A stretch of DNA of 64,000 nt from Candidatus Eiseniibacteriota bacterium (GCA_963783375.1 CAWANH010000029.1:1536001-1600000); one strand, 5' to 3'. Shown: positions 19,388-30,717, counted from the first letter of the stretch. Program-made: numbers and translations. Notes: a model not told the origin generated them from the letters alone.

Positions 19388-20065
19388 ATGCCCCCGGAAC
19401 GCTGGACGCTCCAGGGGATCGTCGATCATATGGCCGATGCCTTGCGAGGCCCCCTGCCGGGGCCCCGGGCCCAGATGCTCATGGCCCCCAACCCGCGCCC
19501 CGCGCTCTCCCCTCCCGCGACTCCCACCCGGGGCCGCCCCGCCGCCGCCCTCCTCCTCCTCTACCCGGTAACCCAGGCGGTGCACGTGCTCCTCACCGTC
19601 CGGAGCCGCGACCTCCCCAACCATCGCGGCCAGATCTCCCTCCCGGGAGGGCTGGTGGAGGAGAACGAGAGCCTCCGAACCGCCGCGCTCCGCGAAGCCC
19701 GGGAAGAGGTCGGTCTCACCCCGGAGCTGGTGAATATCCTGGGATCGCTGTCCGCGGTGTTCATCCCGGTCAGCGGCTTCATCCTCCATCCCTTCGTGGG
19801 CACCGTGCGCGAACTGCCGAAGCTCCGTCCCAACCCCGGGGAGGTGGAGCGGGTGCTCGAGGTTCCCCTCACCGACCTCGCCGATCCCGCGCGGCTCCAC
19901 GTCGAGCAGCGGGCGCTGGCCGGGCGCGAGGCCCGGATCCCCTACTTCGATGTCGAGGGCGAGAAGCTCTGGGGGGCGACCGCCATGATCCTGGCCGAGC
20001 TCTTGTGGATCCTCGGCGCCCCCCCGCGCCCCCCGGGTAGCCCCTACGACCCGGGAACTCCTTGA
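19388..20065 (+). CDS. Nudix hydrolase, CoA pyrophosphatase type
   Basis: LLTVRS..L..HRGQISLPGG plus Nudix box E.......ALREAREEVG; LWGATAMIL. Confidence 0.9.
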   Translation: MPPERWTLQGIVDHMADALRGPLPGPRAQMLMAPNPRPALSPPATPTRGRPAAALLLLYPVTQAVHVLLTVRSRDLPNHRGQISLPGGLVEENESLRTAALREAREEVGLTPELVNILGSLSAVFIPVSGFILHPFVGTVRELPKLRPNPGEVERVLEVPLTDLADPARLHVEQRALAGREARIPYFDVEGEKLWGATAMILAELLWILGAPPRPPGSPYDPGTP

Positions 20066-20348
20066 CGATTCGAGCCCCCCTGCGGAGCCCCGCCCCACCC
20101 GAAGGGTGAAAGAGAGTTGCCTTCACCGGCTGGATTCAAGTTCAAAGCGACCGATTCGTGGTGAGGTCCCATGGCAGCCGCGGGGATGAAGCGTCCAATA
20201 GACGGACAAGTTCAGTCGTTGTTGGGGGGCCGGCCGGTCGGATTGGCTCCAAGGGGGGGTATCGGGCTTCCGGATGGCCCGGAATTGTGAAAGGGTGTTA
20301 CCCCATCCGGGAGGACTCGCGCTCAAACCTCAATGACTCGTGAGAGAC

Positions 20349-21026
20349 TCATTCGATCCGGGTCACGGCCGCATCCCGTCTGACCGGCCCAAAGAAGGCA
20401 AGCCGGAAGCCCACCCACCCGAGAGCAAGCCCGGCTCCAAATAAGACCCAGGGAAAGTCCCCGTGCATGCCGGTGGTGCGGGCCGGGCCCTGGTTGGCGA
20501 GGAAGGATCCGAGAAGGAGCGCCAGCGACGCCAGGGCGACCAGCCAGACCCACCGGTTGGTCCGTGGCGCGCGCCCCCGGCTCACCCGGACGATCATCCA
20601 CGCCCCCGCCACGACCAGGGACGCGGCAACGAGGGCCGCTGAAAGAACCGGCCCGGTCCACGGCGCCGGAAGCAGGAATAGGATGTCCCAGGTGAGGAGC
20701 GACGGCGGCCAGCCCACGGCGAGCCGGAGCACGATGTAGAAGACAAGGTCCCAGACCCCGAAGAGGAACGCGAAGGCCCCGAAGCGGGCCCAGGGCTTGC
20801 GTTCGGCGAGGACCGCGACCGCGAGGAGCATGACCAGGGTCGCCGCCTCGCGAACCAGCTCGAGATCGAGAAGCGGGACGGCGGGGAGAGCGAGCGGAAA
20901 GCCGAACCCTTCGGGGTAGTAGTTCCGGCGGAGGTAAACCACCACCGCACCCTCGACGATGCCGAACGCGGCGCCGAAGAGGGTCAGCCAGACGAGCCGC
21001 TTCCCGGTTTTGAGGGATTCGGACAT
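20349..21026 (-). CDS. Hypothetical integral membrane protein
   Basis: About six TM segments; EGAVVVYLR, REAATLVML, FGVWDLVFY, WDILFLLP.PW; GAGGA RBS. Confidence 0.75.
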   Translation of the reverse strand: MSESLKTGKRLVWLTLFGAAFGIVEGAVVVYLRRNYYPEGFGFPLALPAVPLLDLELVREAATLVMLLAVAVLAERKPWARFGAFAFLFGVWDLVFYIVLRLAVGWPPSLLTWDILFLLPAPWTGPVLSAALVAASLVVAGAWMIVRVSRGRAPRTNRWVWLVALASLALLLGSFLANQGPARTTGMHGDFPWVLFGAGLALGWVGFRLAFFGPVRRDAAVTRIE

Positions 21027-21084
21027 GAGTTCCTCTCCCGAACTTCCCCCTCGCCGGCCCGACGCGACCCGGCCCCCGGCCGGG

Positions 21085-24000
21085 TTACCGCACCCGCACC
21101 AGTCGCCGTGACGCGGTGAGATCGCCGGCCTGGAGCCGGTAGAAGTAGATGCCGCCGGGAAGGTCCCCGCCCACGAAACGGACCGTGTGCGGCCCGGTTT
21201 CCATCCGGCCGTCGGCCAGGGTCGCCACCTCGCGCCCCTGGAGGTCGTACACCTTGAGGGTCACCCGTTCCCGACGGGGGAGATCGAAGGAGATCACCGT
21301 CGACGCCCCGAAGGGGTTGGGCGCGGCGCGCAGGGCCCGCTCCTGCGGGCCGGCCCCCGGCTCCACCGCGGTCGTGGCGGCGAGCGGGCAGAGCACGTAC
21401 TCGCTCGCGTCCAGGTTTGCGTCCCCGTTGCCGGCCGGGACCTGGCCGGCCAGGGCTCCCGCGTCGCCGGTTCCGTACCGGGCCGCGGCCACGTAGACCC
21501 CGGCCGGGACGGTACCGAACTCCCCGGCAAGGTTCAACGTCCCCTCGAGCCAGGCTCCCGCGCTCTGGGCGCCGGCCCCGGTTTGATCGAACCATCCCGA
21601 CCAGTTGCTCGCGCTCTCGTTCCCCAGGTACGCCGACCAGGCCGCCACCTGGCCGCTCTTGGCCCAGGGCGCCGCCCCCATGGCCCCCGGCGCTCCGGCC
21701 ACGAACAGGAACACGTCGTCGGCGGTTCCCCCCGCGGCCTGGGTGGCCACGTAGAGTTCGCTTCCGTTCCACCCCAGGTAGAGATCGCGGCCGCCGTCCG
21801 ACGCCGCCAGGTCCGCTCCGGCGTCCAGCGCCCCGTCCACGATCCACGGCGCACCTCCGCCTCCTCCCCCGCTCATCGTCACCACGTAATCCGATCCGCC
21901 GTGGTTGTCCCAGGTGTCGTCGTCGTAGTGGATCACGAACTCCACGGTCTGAACGGCCTGCGCCGGATCGTTGAACGGTCCCAGGGTGAGGACGAGATCC
22001 CCGTTCGAGGCGGTCGTCGGGGTCTCCACCGCCGGTCCCGTCCCCTGCCAGAGCACGGTTCCGGCCGGGCGATAGGCGGGGATCGGAAGCGCCCACCCGT
22101 TCACCCCCCAGTGGAGGCTCGCCCCGAGGCTCGACCCGGCCACGGTGACGGTGATGAAGTCGTCGGGGGTGGGGTCGGTGGGGGTCCAGCTCACCCCCGT
22201 CCCGCCGCCGCCCCCGGTTCCCGAGGCCCCGACCCACACGTGGCGGATCGGGGAACGGCTCACGTTTCCATTCCCGTCCACCGCCTCGACGTAGTAGTCG
22301 AGGAGGGTGTCCGCGGCCCCGGCCACCGTGGCCGCGTATCGCTCGGCCCGGAAGAGCGGCAGGGGATCGCTCCGCGAGGCCATGTCGCTCGCGGTCATGG
22401 GGAGCGACGACCAGGCCGTCACCCCCGGGCCGCCGGCGTAGGTGTCGTTGTCGGCGCCGGCGGGCGGGATCGCGCCGTCCCTGTCCCCACGGAGTTTCAG
22501 GGTCACCGAGGCGAGACCGCTCACGTCGAAGGCGTAGGTCCACACCTCGAAGTCCGACGGCTGGGCGATCCCCCACTCGGTCCCCCCGGGGTTGTAGGGC
22601 TCGCGCTGGGGCAGAAAAATGGTCGGCCCGGTGAGATCCGCGCCCCCCGCGATCACCGCCTGGGCGTAGGGAACGGCCTGGTTCGCCGCCCGGGTGGGAT
22701 GGGAGTCCCAGATCCCGTTCTGGGAACCGTCCCAGTACCAGTAGTCGCTGGCCTCGGCGTTCAGGAGATATTTCCAGGCATTGGCGGTGTTGGCCGAGGC
22801 GGGGTCGATCCGGTCCGCGGTCCGGACCAGGTTCCCGGCCGCGGTCACCACCGCCCAGGAGTTCCGGTCCGGGCTGTAGCCGTCGGCGGCGGGATCCCCC
22901 AGCCACTTCTTGAACTCGGGATCGCCGTTGTCGGCCCCGCTCCAGCTCCCGTCCTCCACGTGAATGACGTCGTTCGGGTCGGGGGGAAACTGATCGAGGT
23001 AGTCCTGCACCGTGGTGCAGACGAACCGGGTGGGGTTGGCCTGGAGCCAGTCCACGAAGGCCTGGAAATTGGACCCGTAGTAGCTGTCGGTGCCGCCCCC
23101 GTAGTTGTCGCCGTCGTGGTGGAGCACCACCAGGAGCGGGTGGGCGGGGTCGTGTTATGGGTTCGAGCTGGCTCATCACCGCGTCGTACTGGAGGGCGCC
23201 GAACCCGCCCCGGGCGTCCTCGTTCCCCATGTAGCGGTCGGCGGGGACGGCGACGATGCTCGAGACCGCCCCGGTGGCCGGATCGGTGTACTCCACGACG
23301 TGCGGCCGGTGCCCCCATCCTCCCGAGACCTTGGTGGGGGCCCAGAGGCCGTTCAGCTGAACCCAGTCCCCGGGATCGGGGTTCCGGGCGTCGGCGCGGT
23401 TGGGTTCCACGATGTTGCCGCCGGTGTTGTAGGGATAGTCGGCGGCGGCCCGGTCGAAGTGGATGTTGTCCACCAGCGCCCACTCGATCCCCTCGGCGGC
23501 CAGGGCGGGCGCCATGCGCGGGGAAAACGCGTTCTCGGGCGGGAAGATCCCCCGGGAGTAGCTTCCCCCGAAGTTGGCCAGGGTGGCGGCGCGGTGGGCC
23601 TCGATCTGCTTCTCGATGTCGAAGGTGTCGAGGAGCCCCATCAGAGGGTGGTGGTAGCCGAAGCCCACCATGTCGACCCGCGGGTTCCCGAGGCTCGTGG
23701 TCTGGCCCTTGATCCAGCTCCAGTTCCCCTTCCAGCCGGAGAAGTTGCCGTCACCGTTCGCTTCGAGCGCGTTCAGGTTCTCCATCAGGGATCCGGAGAA
23801 GCTCACCTGGGCCCCGAAGTGGGGCATGCCCGCGGCCATGCCCTTCACCACCGCGTCCTTGGGCCAGGTGGTGTAGGGACCGGTCCGCTGATCGTGGATG
23901 CCGGTGACCGAGTAGTCGTAACGGTGGTTGGCGTCGGTCTCGACCACCGACTCGTAGGGCCAGTAGATGGGCTGGTGCATGTGCCAGAGAAAGGCGATGT

Positions 24001-24097
24001 AGATCGGGGGATCGACGGTCTCCCCCGCCCGCGCGGGAGCGATGACGGCGAGGATCGAGATGCAGAGCGCGGCGGCCAGACGGCGCGAGGTGGTCAT
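21085..24097 (-). CDS. Secreted GH57-family glycoside hydrolase with carbohydrate-binding-like modules and FlgD/Por-type C-terminal domain; frameshift near 23155
   Basis: GH57 regions HMHQP, HHPLM and FPPENAF lie in the 24097 frame; HDGDNYG and AEASDYWYW lie in the 21085-23130 frame. C-terminal PNPF...[12 protein letters not shown]...GIYFYRL. Confidence 0.8.
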
Positions 24098-24409
24098 GGT
24101 GTCCTCGGTGGCGAACGCCCCCCGGAGCGCCCCCGGGGAGCCTCGGTGGACCGGTCCAAGCCCAAGGGGCGCAAGGCCCCGGACCGCCCGATTATACCGC
24201 GTCCGGGTGACCGGCGTTCCCGCCGCTTTCCGGCGGCGACGAAGCGAACCGGAACGGCTCCGCTTCGGGGGAAGGCGCCCGGCCGGGCGCGGCGGCTCCC
24301 CCTTCCCTCTTGGCCACATCCCCGGCGTCCCTTAGGATGCCCCGCGTGCATCCGGCCGCCCGGCGAGGGCGCGCTCGGGCCGATCCCGCCACCTGAAGGA
24401 GGGCGCGTC

Positions 24410-25771
24410 GTGTTCACCCGGCTCACCGAGACCCTCTCCGCCGCCTCCAGCTTCATCTGGGGACCCTGGCTCCTCATCCCCCTGCTACTCCTCACCGGGC
24501 TCTACCTGACCCTCCGGCTTCGCGGCATCCAGTTCACCAGGCTCTGGCACGCCCTCTACCTGGGGCTCATCGTGCGGAAGGAGAAGGGGGCGGAGGGGGA
24601 CATCTCCCACTTCCAGGCCCTCATGACCGCCCTGGCCGCCACGGTGGGGACCGGGAACATCGTGGGGGTGGCCACCGCCATCGCGGCGGGAGGCCCGGGC
24701 GCGCTCTTCTGGATGTGGATGACCGGCCTGGTGGGGATGGCCACCAAGTACTCCGAGGCGTTCCTGTCCGTCCGCTTCCGCACCGTGGACCGCCGGGGCG
24801 AGCAGGCCGGCGGACCGATGTACTACCTGACCGAGGGGATCCGCTGGCGCTGGCTGGGCCGGCCCCTCGGGTTCCTCTTCGCGCTGTTCGCCGCCTTCGC
24901 CGCGTTCGGGATCGGGAACATGGTGCAGTCGAACTCGGTGGCCTCCGCCCTGCAGCACTCCTTCGGCATCCCGATGTGGATCACCGGGGTGGCGCTGGCG
25001 GTGGGGGTCGGGGCGGTGATCCTGGGCGGGATCAAGTCCATCGGCCGGTTCACCGGGATCTTCGTCCCGGTGATGATCGTGCTCTACATGGCCGGCTCGG
25101 GGGTGGCGCTGATCCTCCACGCCGCGGCCATCCCCCACGCCTTCGCGGTCATCTTCCACGACGCGTTCTCCCCCACCGCGGCGGCGGGCGGGTTCCTGGG
25201 CGCCACCGTGGCCCAGGGGATCCGCTTCGGGGTGGCCCGGGGCATCTTCTCCAACGAGTCCGGCCTCGGCTCGGCGGGGATCGCCGCCGCCGCCGCCCAG
25301 ACCCGGAACCCCACCACCCAGGCCCTGGTCTCCATGACCCAGACCTTCATCGACACCATCGTGGTGTGCACCTTCACCGGCCTCACCATCGTGGCCACCG
25401 GTGCGTGGACGCAAGGGCTGGACGGGGCCAACCTCACCCAGGCCGCCTTTCGCGAGGGGCTCCCCGGCAACTGGGGCGGCTGGCTGGTGGCGGTCGGGCT
25501 CGCCACCTTCGCCTACTCCACCATCCTCGGCTGGAGCTACTACGGCGAGAAGAGCATCGAGTACCTCCTGGGGACCTGGACGATCATGCCCTACCGGGTG
25601 CTCTTCGTGATCGCGGCCTTCGTGGGCACGGTGCGGAGCCTCGAGTTCGTGTGGACCCTCTCCGACGTCATGAACGGACTCATGGCGCTCCCGAACCTGA
25701 TCGGATTGCTCCTCTTGAGCGGCCTGGTGGCGCGGGAGACGTGGGCGCACCTCCGAAACTCCGAGGGTTGA
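24410..25771 (+). CDS. Alanine/glycine:cation symporter (AGCS family)
   Basis: [50 protein letters not shown]; GGAGG before GTG 24410. Confidence 0.93.
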   Translation: MFTRLTETLSAASSFIWGPWLLIPLLLLTGLYLTLRLRGIQFTRLWHALYLGLIVRKEKGAEGDISHFQALMTALAATVGTGNIVGVATAIAAGGPGALFWMWMTGLVGMATKYSEAFLSVRFRTVDRRGEQAGGPMYYLTEGIRWRWLGRPLGFLFALFAAFAAFGIGNMVQSNSVASALQHSFGIPMWITGVALAVGVGAVILGGIKSIGRFTGIFVPVMIVLYMAGSGVALILHAAAIPHAFAVIFHDAFSPTAAAGGFLGATVAQGIRFGVARGIFSNESGLGSAGIAAAAAQTRNPTTQALVSMTQTFIDTIVVCTFTGLTIVATGAWTQGLDGANLTQAAFREGLPGNWGGWLVAVGLATFAYSTILGWSYYGEKSIEYLLGTWTIMPYRVLFVIAAFVGTVRSLEFVWTLSDVMNGLMALPNLIGLLLLSGLVARETWAHLRNSEG

Positions 25772-25863
25772 TCCCGATCCCGGAAGCGACGTGAACAAAA
25801 CGCCGCCTCGCGCGTTCCTGATGTAGACGGGCGGCGGAAACCCCGCCGGCCCGCCCGGGTGCG

Positions 25864-26706
25864 TCAACCCGCCGGCGGACCCCCGCCCATCCCGGTCGCG
25901 GAGAGCACCGAGCCCAGGAACTCGCGAAGCCGGGGACTCTTCGGCCGGTCCAGAACCTCTTCGGGGGTCCCCGATTCCACCATCCTCCCCCCGTCCAGGA
26001 AGCAGATCCGGTGGGCGACCCGGCGGGCGAAATAGAGATCGTGGGTCACCACCACCATGGTCATGCCCCCCTCGGCGAGTCCGGTGAGGAGATCGTTGAT
26101 CCCCGCGATCATCTCCACATCCAGGGCGCTGGTCACCTCGTCCAGGAGCAACACCTCGGGCTCCATGGCCAGGGCGCGGGCGATGGCCACCCGCTGTTTC
26201 TGGCCGCCGGAGAGCCGGGAGGGCCAGGCGTCGGCTTTCTCGGTCAGGCCCACCTGCTCCAGGAGCGCGCGCCCGCGTTCGATCGCCGCGCTCCGCTTTT
26301 CCCCCCGCACCTGCACCGGACCCTCGATCACGTTCTCCAGGGCGTTCCGGTGGGGAAAGAGGTGGAAGTGCTGGAACACCATCCCCATCCGGGTCCGATG
26401 GCGCGAGAGCGCGGCGGGATTCATCCGGCGGTAGTCCACCGGCTCCCCCTTCCAGCGGATGGCGCCCGCGTCGGGAAGCTCGAGGAGGTTCAGGCACCGG
26501 AGCAGCGTGCTCTTCCCCGAGCCCGACGCACCGATCAGCGCCACCACCTCGTGGCCGCGGACCTCGAAATCGACCCCGGAGAGGACCTGGAGCGTCCCGA
26601 ACCGTTTCTCGAGGCCTCGGACCTCGATCTCCACCGTCCGGTCCGGTGGCGCGCCGGCCGGGGCGGCGGCGGGAGGCCCCCCGGGGACGCGCGCTTTCCG
26701 GCTCAC
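25864..26706 (-). CDS. Polar amino acid ABC transporter ATP-binding protein (GlnQ/EhuA-like)
   Basis: GASGSGKST, MVFQHFHLFPH, LSGGQKQRVAIARALAM, LDEVTSALD; GTGA overlap. Confidence 0.92.
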   Translation of the reverse strand: MSRKARVPGGPPAAAPAGAPPDRTVEIEVRGLEKRFGTLQVLSGVDFEVRGHEVVALIGASGSGKSTLLRCLNLLELPDAGAIRWKGEPVDYRRMNPAALSRHRTRMGMVFQHFHLFPHRNALENVIEGPVQVRGEKRSAAIERGRALLEQVGLTEKADAWPSRLSGGQKQRVAIARALAMEPEVLLLDEVTSALDVEMIAGINDLLTGLAEGGMTMVVVTHDLYFARRVAHRICFLDGGRMVESGTPEEVLDRPKSPRLREFLGSVLSATGMGGGPPAG

Positions 26707-28292
26707 AGGCTCTTCCCCACCGATTGCCGGGACCGTCCCAGGCGCCGTTCCCAGGTGTTCACCCCCAGGGTGAGGGCGGAGATGATGGCCAGGTAGAACC
26801 CCGCGGCCAGAAGAAACGGCAGGAACGCCTGCCCGGTCTGAAAGACCACGTTCCGCGCGGCGTAGGTGAGCTCGATCAGGGTGATGGCCCCCACCAGCGA
26901 CGTGTCCTTGATGAGCACCACGAGATTGTTGCCCAGGGACGGGAGGGCGTCCCGGAAGGCCTGAGGGAGCACCACCCGGCGGAGGATCTTCCCCCGCGGC
27001 ATCCCCAGGGACGCGGCGGCGTCCCACTGGCCGCGGTCCACCGCGTTGATTCCGCCCCGGAGGGTCTCCGCGTTGTAGGCCGCGGTGTTCACCACCAGAG
27101 CGATCAGCGCCGCCCCGAAGGCGCCGATCACCTCGGCTCCGGCCAACCGGTTCACCGCGGTGGCCAGGACGAAGTACGACATGAAGAGCTGAACCAGGAG
27201 CGGCGTCCCCCGCACCACCCAGACGTAGGCGTTCGCCGCCGCGGCCACCCACCCGCGGGCGGAAACGGTGCCGACCCCGACGAAGGAGCCCAGGATGAGG
27301 GCCAGCACCGCGGTGAGGAGCGAGAGCTCCAGGGTGAGAACCGCCCCGCGGGCCAGAAGCGGCAGGATACCCGAGACCCGCTCCGCGAACTCGGGTTTCT
27401 TCCCGACGGCGGCGGTCTCCCCCGGTTCCGCGGCGGGGATCTTCGCCGCAAACTCCCCCCACGAATCCAGGAGCACGGCGAGGTCGGGCGGGGCGCCCAC
27501 CCACTTCTCGTAGATCCGGTCGTAGGTCCCGTCCTGGATCATGGCGAAGAGCGCCCGGTTCACCGCGCGAACCAGCGCTCCCTCGTCCTTCCGGGCGGCG
27601 ATGCCGCAGGCCTCGTGGTAGAGGAGCGGACCGAACGGCACGATGTCCCCGGCGCTCCCCTGCTTGATGTAGAACCCGCCCACGATGCGGTCGGAGACCA
27701 ACGCGTCCACCTTGTCCGCGTTCATGGCGGCCACGATCTCCGCCTCGCTCCCGTAGTGGAGCACATCGGCGCCGGGAAACTGCTCCGGATGCTCGTTGAT
27801 CCAGCGCTCGTAGGTGGAGTCCTCGGTGACCCCGATCTTCGCCCCCCGGAGCGAGGTCACGTCGCGCCGCGCGAACACCTGCGCCCCGCTCACGTAGTAC
27901 GGGAGCGTGAAATACATGGACTCGAGCCGCTGGGGGGTGATGGCCATGGAGCCGCAGATGAGCTCGTACTTTCCGCTCTGGAGACCGGCCTGGATCCCCG
28001 CCCAGTCGGTCTGGACCAGGACGGGCTCCCGACCCAGGCGCCGCGCCACCTCCCGGGCCACGTCGGCGTCGAATCCCACCAGCCGCCCCCCGGCGTCGGT
28101 GGTGGAGAAGGGACGGAAGGAGCCGGACATGGCCAGCCGGAGCGGCGTTCCGGGATCGGGGACGTGGGCGGGTCCGGCCGCGTCCGCGCTCGGCCCGCCG
28201 GCCGCCGGTTCCGCCGGAGCCTCGGCGGTCGCCCCCCCGAGACCCCAGAGGACGGCCGCGGCCAGTAGCATCGCCCGGAGCCGGCCGGTCAC
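26703..28292 (-). CDS. Polar amino acid ABC transporter, substrate-binding domain fused to permease
   Basis: SBP family 3 motifs (F.PFS, GFDADV, ITPQR, PYY.SG) then permease RGTPLLVQL, AYNAE.LRGG, IKDTSL. Confidence 0.9.
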   Translation of the reverse strand: MTGRLRAMLLAAAVLWGLGGATAEAPAEPAAGGPSADAAGPAHVPDPGTPLRLAMSGSFRPFSTTDAGGRLVGFDADVAREVARRLGREPVLVQTDWAGIQAGLQSGKYELICGSMAITPQRLESMYFTLPYYVSGAQVFARRDVTSLRGAKIGVTEDSTYERWINEHPEQFPGADVLHYGSEAEIVAAMNADKVDALVSDRIVGGFYIKQGSAGDIVPFGPLLYHEACGIAARKDEGALVRAVNRALFAMIQDGTYDRIYEKWVGAPPDLAVLLDSWGEFAAKIPAAEPGETAAVGKKPEFAERVSGILPLLARGAVLTLELSLLTAVLALILGSFVGVGTVSARGWVAAAANAYVWVVRGTPLLVQLFMSYFVLATAVNRLAGAEVIGAFGAALIALVVNTAAYNAETLRGGINAVDRGQWDAAASLGMPRGKILRRVVLPQAFRDALPSLGNNLVVLIKDTSLVGAITLIELTYAARNVVFQTGQAFLPFLLAAGFYLAIISALTLGVNTWERRLGRSRQSVGKSL

Positions 28293-29233
28293 GCCTCGTC
28301 CGCCGTCTTTGCCGTCCGGCACCAGACGTTCATCGACTCCCAACCGTTGGGCATCCGGCAGTTGTTAACCAGCCGCCCGGTGTAGTCGTAGCCGAGCTTG
28401 GCGAAGGCGCAGTTCATCCCGACCTCGTCCGCCCGGGCCAGGGTGTAGAGGTCGATGATCCCCTCCTCGCGGGCCAGATCCTGTTCCAGGGCGCGGAGGA
28501 TCCACACCATGAGCCCGCGACCCCGCTCCGATGGCCGCGTCGCGCAATCGGTCATCTCCGCGTTTAGCCGGGCGCGATCGATCTCCGCCGAAGCCACCGC
28601 AGCCATCCGTCCCGACCCGTCCCGCACCCACCGGAACCGGTTGGAGCCGCTCTCGATCAGCCGGGCCAGGTGATCCGGCGCGAGGGAGGTGGGGTAGTCC
28701 GGAAAGACCGATCCCATGAGGGCGGCGATCTCGGCGGCGTCTCCGGGACGCGCCGGCTCGGAGCGATAGCCTTCGGGGAGACGGGGCGTCGCCGGTTCCT
28801 TGGAGCGGGCCACGTCCACCGCGCGCCGGTGCTCGTCCGCCCGAGGCTCCTCCGCCCGCGCCGGGTCGGTGTAGCGGGCCCAGAGAACCGCGTCCGCGCC
28901 GTCGGGAAAGTAGCCCCGGATGGTCCCCTCCTCGCGCCAGCCGGCTTGGATCCACAGGTCGCCGCTCCCCGGGCGGGCGTAGGCGGTGACCTTGGTGAAA
29001 CGCGTGGGATCCTCTCCCGCGCCGGCGATCAGCGCCTTCGGATCCAGCGCGTTCGCGTCCTCGGGGGCGAGACCGTACAGCTTGAGGCGCCGGTTACGGG
29101 GATCGAAAACCGCCTCGCGATGTCCCGAGGGGGCGTCGAAGCCCGCCTTCCACGGGGCCCCCGTCGAGGCCTCGGAGGCCGCCGCCCGACGGCCGGAGCC
29201 TGCCGCGGCAGCCTTTTCCCCGTTCCCGCTCAC
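28289..29233 (-). CDS. ablB: Putative beta-lysine N-acetyltransferase (GNAT)
   Basis: NAEMTDCAT.P..RG.GLM, YTLARA...GMN..F..LGY.Y.G.LVNNC...G.ESMNVW; coupled to a KamA-family gene. Confidence 0.85.
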   Translation of the reverse strand: MSGNGEKAAAAGSGRRAAASEASTGAPWKAGFDAPSGHREAVFDPRNRRLKLYGLAPEDANALDPKALIAGAGEDPTRFTKVTAYARPGSGDLWIQAGWREEGTIRGYFPDGADAVLWARYTDPARAEEPRADEHRRAVDVARSKEPATPRLPEGYRSEPARPGDAAEIAALMGSVFPDYPTSLAPDHLARLIESGSNRFRWVRDGSGRMAAVASAEIDRARLNAEMTDCATRPSERGRGLMVWILRALEQDLAREEGIIDLYTLARADEVGMNCAFAKLGYDYTGRLVNNCRMPNGWESMNVWCRTAKTADEA

Positions 29234-30717
29234 CGAACCGCGGGCTCCAGCTCTCCGAGACCGGCGGCATCGATCGCCTCACCCACGATCCGCCGGTGCT
29301 CGGCGGGATCCCCCCACCGGCGCCGTCCCTCCTCGGGGAGGAGATGGATGGGATCGAAGTAGAGGTAGACCTTCTCCGGATCCACGCTCGGGCTGCGGTA
29401 GACGCTCACCCCGGTGGTCCCGTCGTAGTGATCGTAGCTGTGCGCGTCGCGCTTCCCACCCCCGCCGGGCACGTCGGTCACGAAGGTGGGGGTGTTGAAC
29501 CCGGCGGTGGACCCCCGGACGTGGCGCTCCACTTCGAGAGTGTCGGCCAGCCGGGTCCGCAGATCCTCCACTCCCTTCACCATGTCGTGCTGGTAGACGT
29601 AGTAGGGCTGGACGTTGATATGGGAAAGCCGCTTCACCAGCAGGGTCATGGAAACCGGATCGTCGTTCACCCCGCGGATGCAGACGCTCTGGTTCCGCAC
29701 CTTCACCCCGCGCTTGAACAGCACGGTCATGGCCTCACGGGTGATGTCGGTGATCTCGCGGTGGCTGTTGAAGTGGGTGTGGAGCGCCACCTCCTTGGCC
29801 CGTTCCCGTCCGTAGCGGACCACGTCCACCAGGGCGTCGGTCCACGCCTTGTGGGTGAGAATCTTCATCGGCATCACCGCCGGGCCCTTGGTGGCGAAGC
29901 GGAGCCGCCGGATGTGGGGAATCGAGAGCAGGGTGCGGCCGATGTGCTTGAGCCGGGCCGGGGGAAGGTGATAGGCGTCGCCGCCGGAGATCACCACGTC
30001 CTCCACCTCCGGGCGCGAGGCCAGGTAGGCGAACGCCTTCTCCCACTGCTCCACCACCGGCTTGTAGTTCACCTTCTCCACCGTCCCGGTGTCGCCCCCG
30101 ATGGCGTAGCTCCGGGTGCAGAAGCGGCAGTAGACCGGGCAGACGTCGAGGGGCAGGAAGAGCGTCTTGTCCGGATAGCGATGCACCAGGCCCGGGGTCG
30201 GCGAATCGGCCTGCTCGTGAAGCGAGTCCAGGCTGAGCCGGGGGTGGTCCGGGCGCCGGGTCGAGGCCACCGGGATGAACTGGATCCGGAGCGGATCGGT
30301 GTAGGGGTTCTCCCAGTCGATCCGGCTGAGGACGTAGGGGGAGAGCCGCATGTTCATGGGGGCGAGCCGCATTCCCCGCTGCACGTCCTCCAGGAAGTCC
30401 TCGCTCACCAGGTCCTTCAACAACCCGGTGAGGGTCTGCACGTCGGTGACGCTCTGGCGGTTCTGGAACTTGTGGTCCAGGAACTCGCTTCGCGACACCT
30501 TCTCGAAGGCGGGGATACGCTTCCAGAAGTCGCCGGCGTCGAGGCGGCGGTGTTCGAGGTCGTCCTCGACCACCGGGGTCTTCTGGGCTTCGGGCACCTC
30601 GACCCCGGCCAGGGCCTCGAGTTCGGGAATTTGATGAATCTGGTCGAAGAGTTCGCCCACGGTGGTCGAGGGTTCCTCGACGGGCGCGCTCGCGGTCCCC
30701 GGGTTCGGTGTCTGCAT
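29230..30717 (-). CDS. ablA: Lysine 2,3-aminomutase (KamA-family radical SAM/PLP enzyme)
   Basis: GLVHRYPDK, CPVYCRFC (CxxxCxxC), VISGGD, THFN, NQSV, PYYVYQHD, DVPGGGGK (PLP lysine). Confidence 0.88.
   Translation of the reverse strand: MQTPNPGTASAPVEEPSTTVGELFDQIHQIPELEALAGVEVPEAQKTPVVEDDLEHRRLDAGDFWKRIPAFEKVSRSEFLDHKFQNRQSVTDVQTLTGLLKDLVSEDFLEDVQRGMRLAPMNMRLSPYVLSRIDWENPYTDPLRIQFIPVASTRRPDHPRLSLDSLHEQADSPTPGLVHRYPDKTLFLPLDVCPVYCRFCTRSYAIGGDTGTVEKVNYKPVVEQWEKAFAYLASRPEVEDVVISGGDAYHLPPARLKHIGRTLLSIPHIRRLRFATKGPAVMPMKILTHKAWTDALVDVVRYGRERAKEVALHTHFNSHREITDITREAMTVLFKRGVKVRNQSVCIRGVNDDPVSMTLLVKRLSHINVQPYYVYQHDMVKGVEDLRTRLADTLEVERHVRGSTAGFNTPTFVTDVPGGGGKRDAHSYDHYDGTTGVSVYRSPSVDPEKVYLYFDPIHLLPEEGRRRWGDPAEHRRIVGEAIDAAGLGELEPAVR

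Noticed and set aside
20066-20150. tRNA or tRNA-Sec fragment suggested by ttcgagccc and ttcaa motifs
   Set aside because: I could not build a cloverleaf, a proper T-arm or a CCA end.
23140-23165. Programmed ribosomal frameshift in the GH57 (also considered for the RND and kinase breaks)
   Set aside because: No slippery heptamer, and the breaks fall inside domains where a truncated product makes no sense; sequencing indels are simpler.
29230-30717. EF-P beta-lysylation (EpmB) or glutamate 2,3-aminomutase
   Set aside because: No efp or epmA nearby, lysine-type Asp residues are retained, and the gene is coupled to ablB.
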